Assembly (NCBI GenBank): GCA_039799905.1 | Contig: JBDLRP010000039.1 | Location: 64,001 to 128,000, forward strand | DNA from: Pseudomonadota bacterium | Lineage (GTDB): Bacteria; Bdellovibrionota_B; Oligoflexia; Silvanigrellales; Silvanigrellaceae | Length of the DNA: 64,000 nucleotides | Direction of reading: 5' to 3' | Part shown: one piece after another, positions 18,268 to 27,486 of the stretch | Position numbering within the stretch: position 1 is the stretch's first letter | How the letters are laid out: every line of letters starts with the position of its first letter | Made by a program: the position numbers and the translations under genes | Notes under the pieces: generated by a model | Databases searched by the model: none | What the model was told of the DNA's origin: nothing | Seen by the model: the letters and a program-made list of their open reading frames with translations, nothing else

Positions 18268-21200
18268 ATGATGGGAACAATTCAAGAAGAGCACGCAAAA
18301 CCGCACCAACGTCTTTTTCACGGGTGGATTTACCCGCTCATCAGGGCGGGGCGACATCGCCCGCTGAACCTCGACGACCTGCACCCCCTGCCTCCTGAGC
18401 AAGACTCTCTCGAACAGGCTTCACAGCGCTTCCGGCAAGCTTATGCAGGCCGTCTCATGCCCGCTCTTTTTGCCGCATTCAAACAACGTTTCATAAAGAT
18501 TTTACTGCTGCTCCTGAGCTTGTCGCTACTGGGGTTGCTGCGCCCGCTGCTGTTGCGCGACCTCATCGCGCGCTTCGCAGGTTCGACGCAAGACGGGCAA
18601 AAGAGCTTTTTTTCATTTTTGCCCGATACGACCGCTTTAGCACTTTTTGCTGTTGCCAGCTTTGCATTGTTGGCGTTTGCGCGCACCCACTTTCTCCGAC
18701 ATTCATTCAAAATGACGTGGGCGATGCCTGGGCTGCTGCGCCACGAGGTTTACAATAAACTGCTGAATATTCCTCAAAAGCAAAGAATCACCCTAACCAC
18801 GGGCGAATACGTGAATATCGCCACACGCGACTGCGACTCGACGAGCATGCTCGCATTTTTGCTCGAAGCGTTGCTTTATCCACTCGAAATTGCGGCCTAC
18901 TGCGCCATGCTGGTGTATTTCCTCGGCCCTTGGGCTTTGTTGGCCGTCGTTGCACTTGCAGCAATTATTCCACTCGGAAGAAGACTTGAACGACGCATGA
19001 GCAAGCTTGCCGGCGACATCCGCGAGCAATCGCGCTTGCGGCTCGGCATTCTGAGTGAAATTTTTTCCGGTATCAGAGTTATCAAGTTTCACGCTTGGGA
19101 AGATAAATTTGCCGAACGAGTCATGTCCATCCGCGAACAAGAGGTCACGCTCATGCGTGAGCGTGCGCGAGTCGCCGCACGCCACAGTGCGCTGACATCG
19201 CTGCTACCCATCTTGACTGGCGCCTCGATCGTCACGCTCGTCGCCTTCTTGGAAAAAGTACCGTCCACCGCCGATGTCTTTGCATCTTTTAGCGTCATTT
19301 CTGCGCTGGTGGTCATCTTCAGCAACACACCTGACTTCCTACAAAACCTTGCGGAATTGCGTGTCAGCCTGAATCGGATCGGAGATTTTCTTAGCCAGCC
19401 TTCTGCCCCAGTTCCTGAATCAACTCCAGACAGCGCTGAATTCTCGTTCGAACATGCAAATCTCAGCCGAACTTCCACCGACGAGACGGGTGTGTCACAG
19501 CCGACTGTACTGCATGACATCACACTGAACTTTAAACGAGGACAACGCATCGCCATCGTGGGTGCAGTGGGCGCTGGCAAAAGCACGCTGCTGAGTGCGT
19601 GTCTCGGCGAAATGACTGTGCAGTCGGGTAAAGTGAGCCTGCCGAATCCGGTGGCCTTTGCGCCGCAGATTGCTTGGAATCAAAACGCCAGCGTGCGGGA
19701 AAACATCGTTTTCCAATTACAGTGGAATAAGGCTTTGTTCGACGAGGTTATTTTTGCATCTGCGCTGTCGGGCGATCTCTTGCAATGGGACGGCGGTGCG
19801 GAATGTGAGGTTGGAGAACGCGGCATCAATCTTTCCGGCGGACAAAAGCAGCGGCTGGCACTTGCAAGAACACTCTACGCTGCGCGCAGCGAGGATATCC
19901 GCACGGTGATCTGGGACGACCCATTCAGCGCTCTCGACGAAACGGTCGCCAATCATATCTTTGAACATGGCCTGAATGATTTTCTAGCCGACAAAACGCG
20001 CATATTCAGCACGCACAGAATCGATTTCGCGTTGCGCTCCGATTACGTCGTGGTGATGAGCAATGGGCGCATCAGCGAACAGGGTGTGCCCTCGGACCTG
20101 CTCAATGCGCAGGGAGAGTTCGCCAAGCTTGTTGCGCTGCATGAACGCACGCGCGGTGCTGAAGTTCATCGTGAACATCAGCCTGCAGAAAATGTAAAAA
20201 AAGATGATCAGCCCGCAACCGATGCAACCCGACTGATGACGGAAGAAAAAATCGCCCTGCCTACATTCAACAAAGAAGCGCTCAACGAATACATAAGAGC
20301 ACTGGCTCCCGCGCTGGGGCTGTCGGGCGTCGTGTTCATCTTTCTCTTGCCCCGACTGGCTGATGTCGGCTCAAATCTCTGGCTGGGGCATTGGACTTCG
20401 CACTCCAGTGCCATCGCGCTGCCCACAGCTATGGCTGTTTTCGCTGTTCTCACCTTCATGACCGTCCTGACGGAACGTGGTCGGACGGTTGTACTATTTG
20501 ACGGTGGCGTGCGTGCCGGAACGACTTTTTTCAAACGACTGATGGACGGTGTTTTCAGCGCGCCGATGCGTTTTTTCGACACCTCTCCACAGGGACGCAT
20601 TCTCAACCGCTTCACCTCCGACACAACCACCATCGATTCGTCGATGCCATCGTCGGTCGGGCAATTCTTGGGTTCGTGCGTCGGTATTTTTGCCTCGGTC
20701 CTGCCGGTTGTTTGGGGCAGACCAATAGCCTTGTTTGTGCTCGTTCCCGCCGCCCTGCTCTACGTCTACCTTTTCAAAACGGTGCGCGGTGCCCAGTTGC
20801 GCCTCAATGCGCTCTCGCAGACGGTGCGCAGCCCATGGATGTCGCTCACAGCAGAGACCGTTCCAGGCTTGTCGGTGATCCGCTCATTGCGTGCACAGGA
20901 TCTATTCATGGAGCGCTATCGTGCGCTCATCAACCGCCACATATCCACAGGCTTCTATGTCGTGGCGGTGAATTTGTGGTTTGCATTTCGCCTCGAGATG
21001 CTCGGTGTTGCACTGGTGGGTGGTTTCATTTTTGCGATGCTGCTCTCGCCCGGTACAATCTCTACAACACTTGCGGCAGTCGGACTCACATTCAGCTTGC
21101 AAATGATCGGCATTCTCGGTGGCATCGCACGGAGTCTGCGATTTCTTGAAAATGCACTCGTATCGGTTGGACGTGTGAGCGAATATTCAAGTCTTCCTCC

Positions 21201-21906
21201 TGAAAAAACAGATTCAGCCGAAGCTTTGCCGGAACATTGGCCAGCGAACGGAAACATTGAACTGCGCAAACTGACCGCAGCCTATGACGAAGGACTCAAG
21301 CCGGTACTCTCGGACATCACTCTGTCCATCAAGGCAGGAGACAAAGTTGGTATCGTTGGTCGCACCGGCAGCGGCAAGAGTACGCTCTTTCTTGCTCTGA
21401 CACGGATGATTCCGATTTCGCCGGGAATGATTTTTATTGACGGCCTGGACATCAGCCGCGTTCCGCTCAAAAGACTGCGTCAATCTATTTCAATGATCCC
21501 TCAAGACCCCGTACTTTTTTCCGGAACTCTTAGGGATAATCTCGACCCGTTCGGACAACAGAGCGATGCCGCAATCACGACAGCTTTACGCCGCGCCCAT
21601 CTTGATCATCTCTGTGTTACGGCCGAGTCCGCCGGTTCGTTCAAGATCGAGGAAAACGGGCGCAACCTCAGCGTGGGCGAACGACAGTTGGTTTGTCTGG
21701 CACGAGCTCTTTTGTCGCGTACGAAAATCCTGTTGATTGACGAAGCGACTGCCAACGTCGACGTTGCCACCGATGCAAAAATCCAGCAGACGCTGCGAGA
21801 AGAGTTCACCCACTGCACCCGTCTGGTGATTGCCCACCGAACAAACACCCTTAACGACGCAGACGCCCTTGTCAGAATCGACAAGGGCGTCCTGATTGCG
21901 AATTGA
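18268..21906 (+). CDS. Full-length ABCC/MRP-type ABC exporter (TMD-NBD-TMD-NBD)
   Basis: Lasso-like F.GWIYPLIRAG..RPL.LDDL; NBD1 GAVGAGKS/LSGGQKQR/WDDPFSALD; NBD2 GRTGSGKS/LSVGERQ/IDEATA; FFDTSPQGRILNRF. Confidence 0.9.
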   Translation: MMGTIQEEHAKPHQRLFHGWIYPLIRAGRHRPLNLDDLHPLPPEQDSLEQASQRFRQAYAGRLMPALFAAFKQRFIKILLLLLSLSLLGLLRPLLLRDLIARFAGSTQDGQKSFFSFLPDTTALALFAVASFALLAFARTHFLRHSFKMTWAMPGLLRHEVYNKLLNIPQKQRITLTTGEYVNIATRDCDSTSMLAFLLEALLYPLEIAAYCAMLVYFLGPWALLAVVALAAIIPLGRRLERRMSKLAGDIREQSRLRLGILSEIFSGIRVIKFHAWEDKFAERVMSIREQEVTLMRERARVAARHSALTSLLPILTGASIVTLVAFLEKVPSTADVFASFSVISALVVIFSNTPDFLQNLAELRVSLNRIGDFLSQPSAPVPESTPDSAEFSFEHANLSRTSTDETGVSQPTVLHDITLNFKRGQRIAIVGAVGAGKSTLLSACLGEMTVQSGKVSLPNPVAFAPQIAWNQNASVRENIVFQLQWNKALFDEVIFASALSGDLLQWDGGAECEVGERGINLSGGQKQRLALARTLYAARSEDIRTVIWDDPFSALDETVANHIFEHGLNDFLADKTRIFSTHRIDFALRSDYVVVMSNGRISEQGVPSDLLNAQGEFAKLVALHERTRGAEVHREHQPAENVKKDDQPATDATRLMTEEKIALPTFNKEALNEYIRALAPALGLSGVVFIFLLPRLADVGSNLWLGHWTSHSSAIALPTAMAVFAVLTFMTVLTERGRTVVLFDGGVRAGTTFFKRLMDGVFSAPMRFFDTSPQGRILNRFTSDTTTIDSSMPSSVGQFLGSCVGIFASVLPVVWGRPIALFVLVPAALLYVYLFKTVRGAQLRLNALSQTVRSPWMSLTAETVPGLSVIRSLRAQDLFMERYRALINRHISTGFYVVAVNLWFAFRLEMLGVALVGGFIFAMLLSPGTISTTLAAVGLTFSLQMIGILGGIARSLRFLENALVSVGRVSEYSSLPPEKTDSAEALPEHWPANGNIELRKLTAAYDEGLKPVLSDITLSIKAGDKVGIVGRTGSGKSTLFLALTRMIPISPGMIFIDGLDISRVPLKRLRQSISMIPQDPVLFSGTLRDNLDPFGQQSDAAITTALRRAHLDHLCVTAESAGSFKIEENGRNLSVGERQLVCLARALLSRTKILLIDEATANVDVATDAKIQQTLREEFTHCTRLVIAHRTNTLNDADALVRIDKGVLIAN

Positions 21907-21916
21907 AGCGTTTTGT

Positions 21917-22246
21917 TTATTTAAAGTCGGCGCTATTGGTGAGGTACTCGACCAGTTTGGCCTTGTCTGTATTTTTCCACGCGTCAGACTGTGAGGGTGG
22001 CATGGTGTTGGCATTGATTCTGTTCAACATCGCCGTGCGGTTGCTCTTCACTCCCGAGAACGTCGAAAGGTTCGGTGAAGTGGTGCCACCGTGGCAGCCT
22101 GTACAATTGGATGTCAGCAACGCTTTTCCAGTTGCGGTGTAATCCGCACCGTCGGCAGCGGAACTCGATGAATCGTCGCCACATGCAGATACCAGTGCGA
22201 CAACGCCAATTGCCATTGTTCCCAACGTGAGAGCTTTCAACTTCAT
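21917..22246 (-). CDS. Monoheme cytochrome c lipoprotein
   Basis: Lipobox VSAC; CTGCH heme motif; MPP as candidate distal Met; GGAGG RBS. Confidence 0.8.
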   Translation of the reverse strand: MKLKALTLGTMAIGVVALVSACGDDSSSSAADGADYTATGKALLTSNCTGCHGGTTSPNLSTFSGVKSNRTAMLNRINANTMPPSQSDAWKNTDKAKLVEYLTNSADFK

Positions 22247-22366
22247 AAATTCCTCCAGTTGCAGAAGACCGTGTCCAAATTCTTTGGCGAGTTTATCGGC
22301 AGCGCAATCGAAGATAAAAGTCGGCAGCGCAAAATTCACGACGCTCAGTCAATTCCTAGACAATCT

Positions 22367-23503
22367 TTAGGCATAGGGAGAATGCACATTCAGTTCTACA
22401 AATTGTTCCTCAATCAGTCTTTTTTCTTGTTCAACAAAGCGGCTGACAGGGACCTGAAACTGCGGGTCATGAATGAAGTGACAGCTGTATGTCAAAGTTG
22501 GAACAAATCCACGCGGAATTTTGTGCTCACCCTGAGCGCCGGCTTCATAGACATCCAGCCCATTCTCTATGCAGTATTGAATTGCCTGATAGTAACAAAG
22601 CTCAAAATGTAAAAACTTAAGGTCACGCAAAGTTCCCCAATAGCGACCAAACATTTTTTTGCCTTTTACAAAATTGATAGCTGCCGCCAATGGCTCATCG
22701 TTAATACTTGCAACAAAAAGAACGACCCTGTCGTTCATGGATTGAAATATCTGCCTGAAAAAATCACGGCTCAGGCATGGAATTGAGCCCCATTTCTCAT
22801 TTGTATCAAGATAAAGTCTGGCCATCAGATCGGCGTCGGCATCAGTCAGTTCACCGCCTGTTTTTGTGACAATCCTGAGCCCGTCGGTTGCGGCCAGCGA
22901 TCGGCGCTCCAGTTGAATCTGCCTGCGCCGCTTAGACTTCAGGACAGCGAGAAAGCCATCGAACGACTGATATGAATTATTGAACCAATGATACTGGAAG
23001 CTATGCCTGAGAATGTACCCTTTTCCGAGATAGTTTTCAGTTTGCTGCAACGGCAGAAAAAGCGAATGAATAGACGAACAGCCGGCACGCTGGGCGATGT
23101 TTTTGAGCTCTTCGGCAATGACGGGCTCAAGTTTTTCTCTGGAAGCGTCGGGATGCACGAGCACCTTTGGCCCCGTTGCTGGCGTATAGGGAACTGCCGA
23201 GACAAGTTTGGGATAATAATCCTTGCCGGCCCGCGCATATGCCTGATTCCACGCATGGTCAAAAATAAATTCGCCGTATCCGTGCGATTTAACGTAACAA
23301 TAAGCAGCCGCCAGCAACTTGGACTCGTCATCCCTCAGCAACAGGTAAAACGGCAGCCAACCCATATCGGGCCCCGCGCAGCCCGTCGCTTCAAGCGCAT
23401 AAAGATGATCATAATCGGCAAACGGAAAATCAGGGGCCGTGAGGTTGTCCCATTCCTGTTTTGAAATGCCGCCAATGGTATGGAGAACTTCCAGAGTGAC
23501 CAT
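22367..23503 (-). CDS. GNAT/FemAB-like protein (DUF482 family)
   Basis: Y.KSHGYGEFIFDHAW, YYPKLV.AVPYTPATG, QYHW.N, GRYWG, LHFELCYYQAI and EAGAQGEHK..RGF motifs. Confidence 0.9.
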   Translation of the reverse strand: MVTLEVLHTIGGISKQEWDNLTAPDFPFADYDHLYALEATGCAGPDMGWLPFYLLLRDDESKLLAAAYCYVKSHGYGEFIFDHAWNQAYARAGKDYYPKLVSAVPYTPATGPKVLVHPDASREKLEPVIAEELKNIAQRAGCSSIHSLFLPLQQTENYLGKGYILRHSFQYHWFNNSYQSFDGFLAVLKSKRRRQIQLERRSLAATDGLRIVTKTGGELTDADADLMARLYLDTNEKWGSIPCLSRDFFRQIFQSMNDRVVLFVASINDEPLAAAINFVKGKKMFGRYWGTLRDLKFLHFELCYYQAIQYCIENGLDVYEAGAQGEHKIPRGFVPTLTYSCHFIHDPQFQVPVSRFVEQEKRLIEEQFVELNVHSPYA

Positions 23504-23505
23504 AT

Positions 23506-23542
23506 AAAAAAAGCCTCCTCTGTCAGTTCAAACAGAAGAGGC
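23506..23542 (-). terminator. Intrinsic terminator after the 23569..24549 gene
   Basis: Minus strand GCCTCTTCTGT-loop-ACAGAGGAGGC followed by T7. Confidence 0.7.
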
Positions 23543-23568
23543 CTTCAAGAGCAAGACTCGCGCGAGAT

Positions 23569-24549
23569 TCACTTGACTTCAACAGAGCTTCCACGGGTGA
23601 ATTCCCACCGACCGGCAGCGACATTCAGCCCGCCGACGCGCACGAAGTAGTTGCCGGGGTTAACGCCGCTCAGCGCCAGTTGGCTCTTGTTCGTCGAGAA
23701 CGAGTGTGCAATCGAGGTGAACGCAGCATCGCTCGCAAACTCGAGTCTGAAGTGCGCAGCCTCACCATCGGCCGACCACTGCAGAGTTTCGCTGGCACCG
23801 ATGGATGCACCAATCTTCATCGCAATGTTCAGCTTGGGAGCCGCTGCAACCGTGATCTCAGTCACCTCTGTCTTACCAGCCACGCGCCAATAGATCTTGC
23901 CTGGGGGCGGATTCGGGATACGCAGTTGTCCGCCTGCGTTGGTCGTGCCGCTGATGTACATCTCCGAAAAATCGGCCTTACGCGAAACTTCGATTCCTGT
24001 GCCAGCGGCAGCCTGTACAATAGGTCCGCCGCCATTTTCGTTGTATGTGTATGAAGCTGATGAAGACGGTGCAACCGCATCGGTTGCGAGTTCTTCACCA
24101 TCTTCTTCTGTTTCCTCGTCCTCTTCAGTTGCTTCTTCTTCGGTTGCATCTGTCACTGCAGCGCCCGGGATCGCTTCGGTCGTTGGTTTCGCACCAGCGT
24201 CCGTTGTCGGCTTTGCTGCAGGAGTCACCACGGCTGTTTCCGGAGCCGGCTCGGTGCTCAGCGAATCATCGAAAAGGAGGAAGTATCCGGCACCAACGAT
24301 GATGAAGCCGACAGCACCCATGATGACCATGTAGGTCATCTTGCGACGCTTGTCGTCCTGCCCGCCGCCGCCGCCGTTGAAAATCTGACTGACAGCATTT
24401 GTTCCGCCACCGAATCCGGATGAGAACTCTCCACCCATCTGCGCCTGCGACTTGGGAGAGCCGCCGCCTGATGTTCCGCCGAAGGTTCCTCCGGCACCAA
24501 AACCGGTGTCGAATTGTGAACTGGATTGTTCATCTTTTCTTCGTGCCAT
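23569..24549 (-). CDS. Single-pass membrane protein: Gly-rich N-term, TM helix, Pro/Thr/Glu-rich linker, C-terminal Ig/FN3-like repeats
   Basis: TM segment YMVIMGAVGFIIVGAGYFLLF; duplicated patterns (EVSRKADF...GKIYWRV and EFASDAAF...GNYFVRV). Confidence 0.65.
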   Translation of the reverse strand: MARRKDEQSSSQFDTGFGAGGTFGGTSGGGSPKSQAQMGGEFSSGFGGGTNAVSQIFNGGGGGQDDKRRKMTYMVIMGAVGFIIVGAGYFLLFDDSLSTEPAPETAVVTPAAKPTTDAGAKPTTEAIPGAAVTDATEEEATEEDEETEEDGEELATDAVAPSSSASYTYNENGGGPIVQAAAGTGIEVSRKADFSEMYISGTTNAGGQLRIPNPPPGKIYWRVAGKTEVTEITVAAAPKLNIAMKIGASIGASETLQWSADGEAAHFRLEFASDAAFTSIAHSFSTNKSQLALSGVNPGNYFVRVGGLNVAAGRWEFTRGSSVEVK

Positions 24550-24567
24550 GATTCTCAACCTCTTCTG

Positions 24568-24583
24568 TGCAGGTATGGTGCCA
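24568..24583 (-). promoter_or_regulatory. Sigma-54 promoter candidate
   Basis: Minus strand TGGCACCATACCTGCA with GG-N10-GC spacing; very close to the start codon. Confidence 0.5.
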
Positions 24584-24694
24584 ACTGTATTGTCACCGGA
24601 GTCATCGGAGGATTGAGACACGAATTTAATCGTCTGTTTAATTAATTGACGGTGTGAAATTTATTCCCAGCGGATACGGCAAGTTAGCGACACA

Positions 24695-26416
24695 TCAAGC
24701 AATCGAGCGGCTCATCAGCAATTCAATTTCTGCCTTGGATTTCAACATGATGCCGTGCTTGCCAAGTTTGTGTGACAGAGAATCGTACTGCGCCAAAATT
24801 TGCTGCACTGTCCCGCGGTAACCAATCTCTGCCAACTCAGTCCGGATGCGATAGCGCATCGGATTCCCTGCCATCGCCTCCATGACTTCATCGGTCGGCC
24901 TGAAAACGACGAAATCGACATCAGGATTCACGTCCATCGAGTGATTGAGCATCGATGAAAAGCGCGTCTGCACAAGACTCTTTATTGCCTGCACGGCAGT
25001 AAAGTAACCGCCGTGCCGCATGACCGCACCGGGCGAATTGCTCGTGTAGGCGACCATCGGGTCGATCATGATGACAAGCCCAGCACCTTTGCGGATTGCG
25101 GTGTTGAAATCTGAAGAACTTGTCAGCTGTCCATCGGAAAACCAATGCCCGTTGACCCGCTCCGGCAGGTAAAATGGCGGCAGCGCCGTGCTTGCGCGGA
25201 TCGCCTGACTTATTTTGATTTCACGCCACGGTTCTTCGCCGAACACGACATGTTCACCGGTGTCCTGATCCGTTGCGCTGATGTAGAGTTCTTTTTTGAG
25301 CTGCGCGATGTTGTCGGGGATTCCCAGCCGCGAGAGCTGCCGCTCCAAGAAGGCTTTCAGCCTTTCGCCGCGAAAAAATCCCACCGGCACCAAACGCTGC
25401 AGACGCACGACAACCTCACCGGGATCCAGCGTCGAGAGCATTCTCAAAACACCGACAATCCGTGAGACAATCTCACCGCCTGCCAAATCAAAGATAACAT
25501 TCAACGACAGCGGATCGAGCTTGCCGTGCTTTTTATAGAGCTGCTTGAGAATATCGTTTGAATGAGTGCCTGCAGCCAAAAACGATGCAAGAATTGCTCC
25601 CGATGACACTCCGCAAAAAATATCAAACTTGTTGCACGCACTGGTTGCCATCGAGTCATCCAGCGCATTTGTCACACCAATGGAGTAAATATAACCCTCA
25701 AGACCTCCACCTGAAATGCACAGACTCTTCTTCTGCTGCGACATTCTGAATTCGTACAATTGCTTTATTGCAAATTGAAACAACTGCGCCGACGTCGGTG
25801 GCTCAGTGATCACACCGCGCACATTGGCCAAACCTAAATTGAATGCGCGCGCCTGATTGTCGGATGCCGCGGGCAATACGACGAGCACCCGCCGCATCGG
25901 ATAGTGATAATTGCGTGGGGTAAAACTCTTGAGTGCATTGCGGAAATCTTCAAAAAGCAACGGTTTGAGGCCGGCCTGATTCTCATCTTCGGACGAAATC
26001 GCATGCAGGACGTCGTCACGCCGCGCCGAATCAGTGTCCCCTGCAACGACCACATCGTCCTTGCGCCGCCGAGCTGACGCCAGTTTTCCAGCCAATCCTT
26101 GCTCGGGCAGAGAAATTCGCTCATCCAAGATAATCAAATCAGGCTCGATGTGGACAAGATTGTTCGCAACCTGAAAAATATCAGAACTGAAATAAACGGT
26201 CGCTGGCGAGCTCAGTTCATGATCAGAAATTTCGCTCGGGAGCCTGCGCGCGAGCGCTTCGCTCAAAACATATGCCTCACCAAAGCCCTGCAGTCCGGCG
26301 ACTGGCCTGACACCCACCCTTCGGAAATCCGCCGCGAGGCGCCGCGTGACTTCGCGTGTCCCAAGATACACGACACGGAATCCTTCGGAGCGTTCGCGAT
26401 TTGTATCAGCAGCCAT
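24695..26416 (-). CDS. Patatin-like phospholipase with N-terminal regulatory (receiver-like) region
   Basis: SGGG oxyanion loop, GVSSG nucleophile, ASTALP and SDG motifs; N-terminal PDLIILD resembles a REC strand. Confidence 0.8.
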   Translation of the reverse strand: MAADTNRERSEGFRVVYLGTREVTRRLAADFRRVGVRPVAGLQGFGEAYVLSEALARRLPSEISDHELSSPATVYFSSDIFQVANNLVHIEPDLIILDERISLPEQGLAGKLASARRRKDDVVVAGDTDSARRDDVLHAISSEDENQAGLKPLLFEDFRNALKSFTPRNYHYPMRRVLVVLPAASDNQARAFNLGLANVRGVITEPPTSAQLFQFAIKQLYEFRMSQQKKSLCISGGGLEGYIYSIGVTNALDDSMATSACNKFDIFCGVSSGAILASFLAAGTHSNDILKQLYKKHGKLDPLSLNVIFDLAGGEIVSRIVGVLRMLSTLDPGEVVVRLQRLVPVGFFRGERLKAFLERQLSRLGIPDNIAQLKKELYISATDQDTGEHVVFGEEPWREIKISQAIRASTALPPFYLPERVNGHWFSDGQLTSSSDFNTAIRKGAGLVIMIDPMVAYTSNSPGAVMRHGGYFTAVQAIKSLVQTRFSSMLNHSMDVNPDVDFVVFRPTDEVMEAMAGNPMRYRIRTELAEIGYRGTVQQILAQYDSLSHKLGKHGIMLKSKAEIELLMSRSIA

Positions 26417-26448
26417 GTTTGTCTCTCCCGTCATCGAACGGGGAGAGT

Positions 26449-27486
26449 CTATGAACTTTTGTCCGCAGGAACAAATGTCAGAAAGTGTGGCGCACTCTGC
26501 CAGCGGCCGGACAGCGGAATCGACGGACGATTTATGAAAAGACCAAGCGCCAATCCTCCGCCTCCGCCGCCCGTCAGCTTGGCTCCAACAGCACCGGCAG
26601 CAAGCAAATCTTCAACACAGGCATCCAAGGCCGGAGTTGAGACTTTCAAGAGCTGCAGCTGCTGGTGAGCCTGAGTCAAGAGTGATGCCACTTCAACGAT
26701 CTCACCCTTGGGTATGAGCTCACGGCAACGCCCAGCCAATGTCGCAAGCGTCGAAAAGCAGCCTGCGACTGTCTCCGGCGATCTTTCGCGCAGAGCGGCA
26801 ACCCGCATCACCATATCGCGCGTTGGAGTGCGCTCACCTGTGTCGATGAGCAGCAGCCAGAACGCTTGTCCGTTTGCAATTCGCGAGCTGCCCGATGATT
26901 TTTCAAAACTGATGATCGAATCGGAAACAACGGTTGCCGCGTCTAAACCGCTCGCGCGACCGTGAAACATTCCATCCAATTCATTTGCAAGCCAGCCCAC
27001 CTCTTGCGCGGAGGGTGTCATGCCCAGCGCCTGTGCCAGCGCGCGTATGAGCGCTGCGCTGAGCGCTGCAGAGCCACCCATACCCGCCCCGAGCGGAATC
27101 CTTGAATCAATGACAATCGGCTGGGGCGAAAAATCCGTCAGCTGTGCACTGCCGCCGGTCAACAGTTTCAATGCCAGTTCGAGTGATTGTGTCAGTCGTA
27201 TTTTTTCTGCGTGAGCTATCTGAGTAACAACCCCGCTCTGATTCAGCTGCCAGCAACTGTTCCAATCGGAGCAGATATTCTCATCGTTGGACTCAATCTG
27301 TTCGGAGAGCTTCAATTCGACACGCAAGCTTTGCTCTCTCAACGGAAGAGCGATGGCCGGATGACCGTCAACTGCGGCATGCTCACCAATCAAAATCACC
27401 TTGCCACAGGCGGTTCCATCCGCTCCGTGCGGAGCAAGAAAGACGGGCATTTTTTTTGCTCCGGAAGACACGTCATGTTGCTTCAT
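26449..27486 (-). CDS. mvk: Mevalonate kinase
   Basis: GKVILIGEHA.VDG.PAIA, PLGAGMGGSAA, HGRASGLD and GAKLTGGGGGG motifs. Confidence 0.9.
   Translation of the reverse strand: MKQHDVSSGAKKMPVFLAPHGADGTACGKVILIGEHAAVDGHPAIALPLREQSLRVELKLSEQIESNDENICSDWNSCWQLNQSGVVTQIAHAEKIRLTQSLELALKLLTGGSAQLTDFSPQPIVIDSRIPLGAGMGGSAALSAALIRALAQALGMTPSAQEVGWLANELDGMFHGRASGLDAATVVSDSIISFEKSSGSSRIANGQAFWLLLIDTGERTPTRDMVMRVAALRERSPETVAGCFSTLATLAGRCRELIPKGEIVEVASLLTQAHQQLQLLKVSTPALDACVEDLLAAGAVGAKLTGGGGGGLALGLFINRPSIPLSGRWQSAPHFLTFVPADKSS

Noticed and set aside
24695..26416. Patatin as a CBASS/CapV-type defence effector
   Set aside because: No nucleotidyltransferase or other defence gene is adjacent; it follows a metabolic operon.
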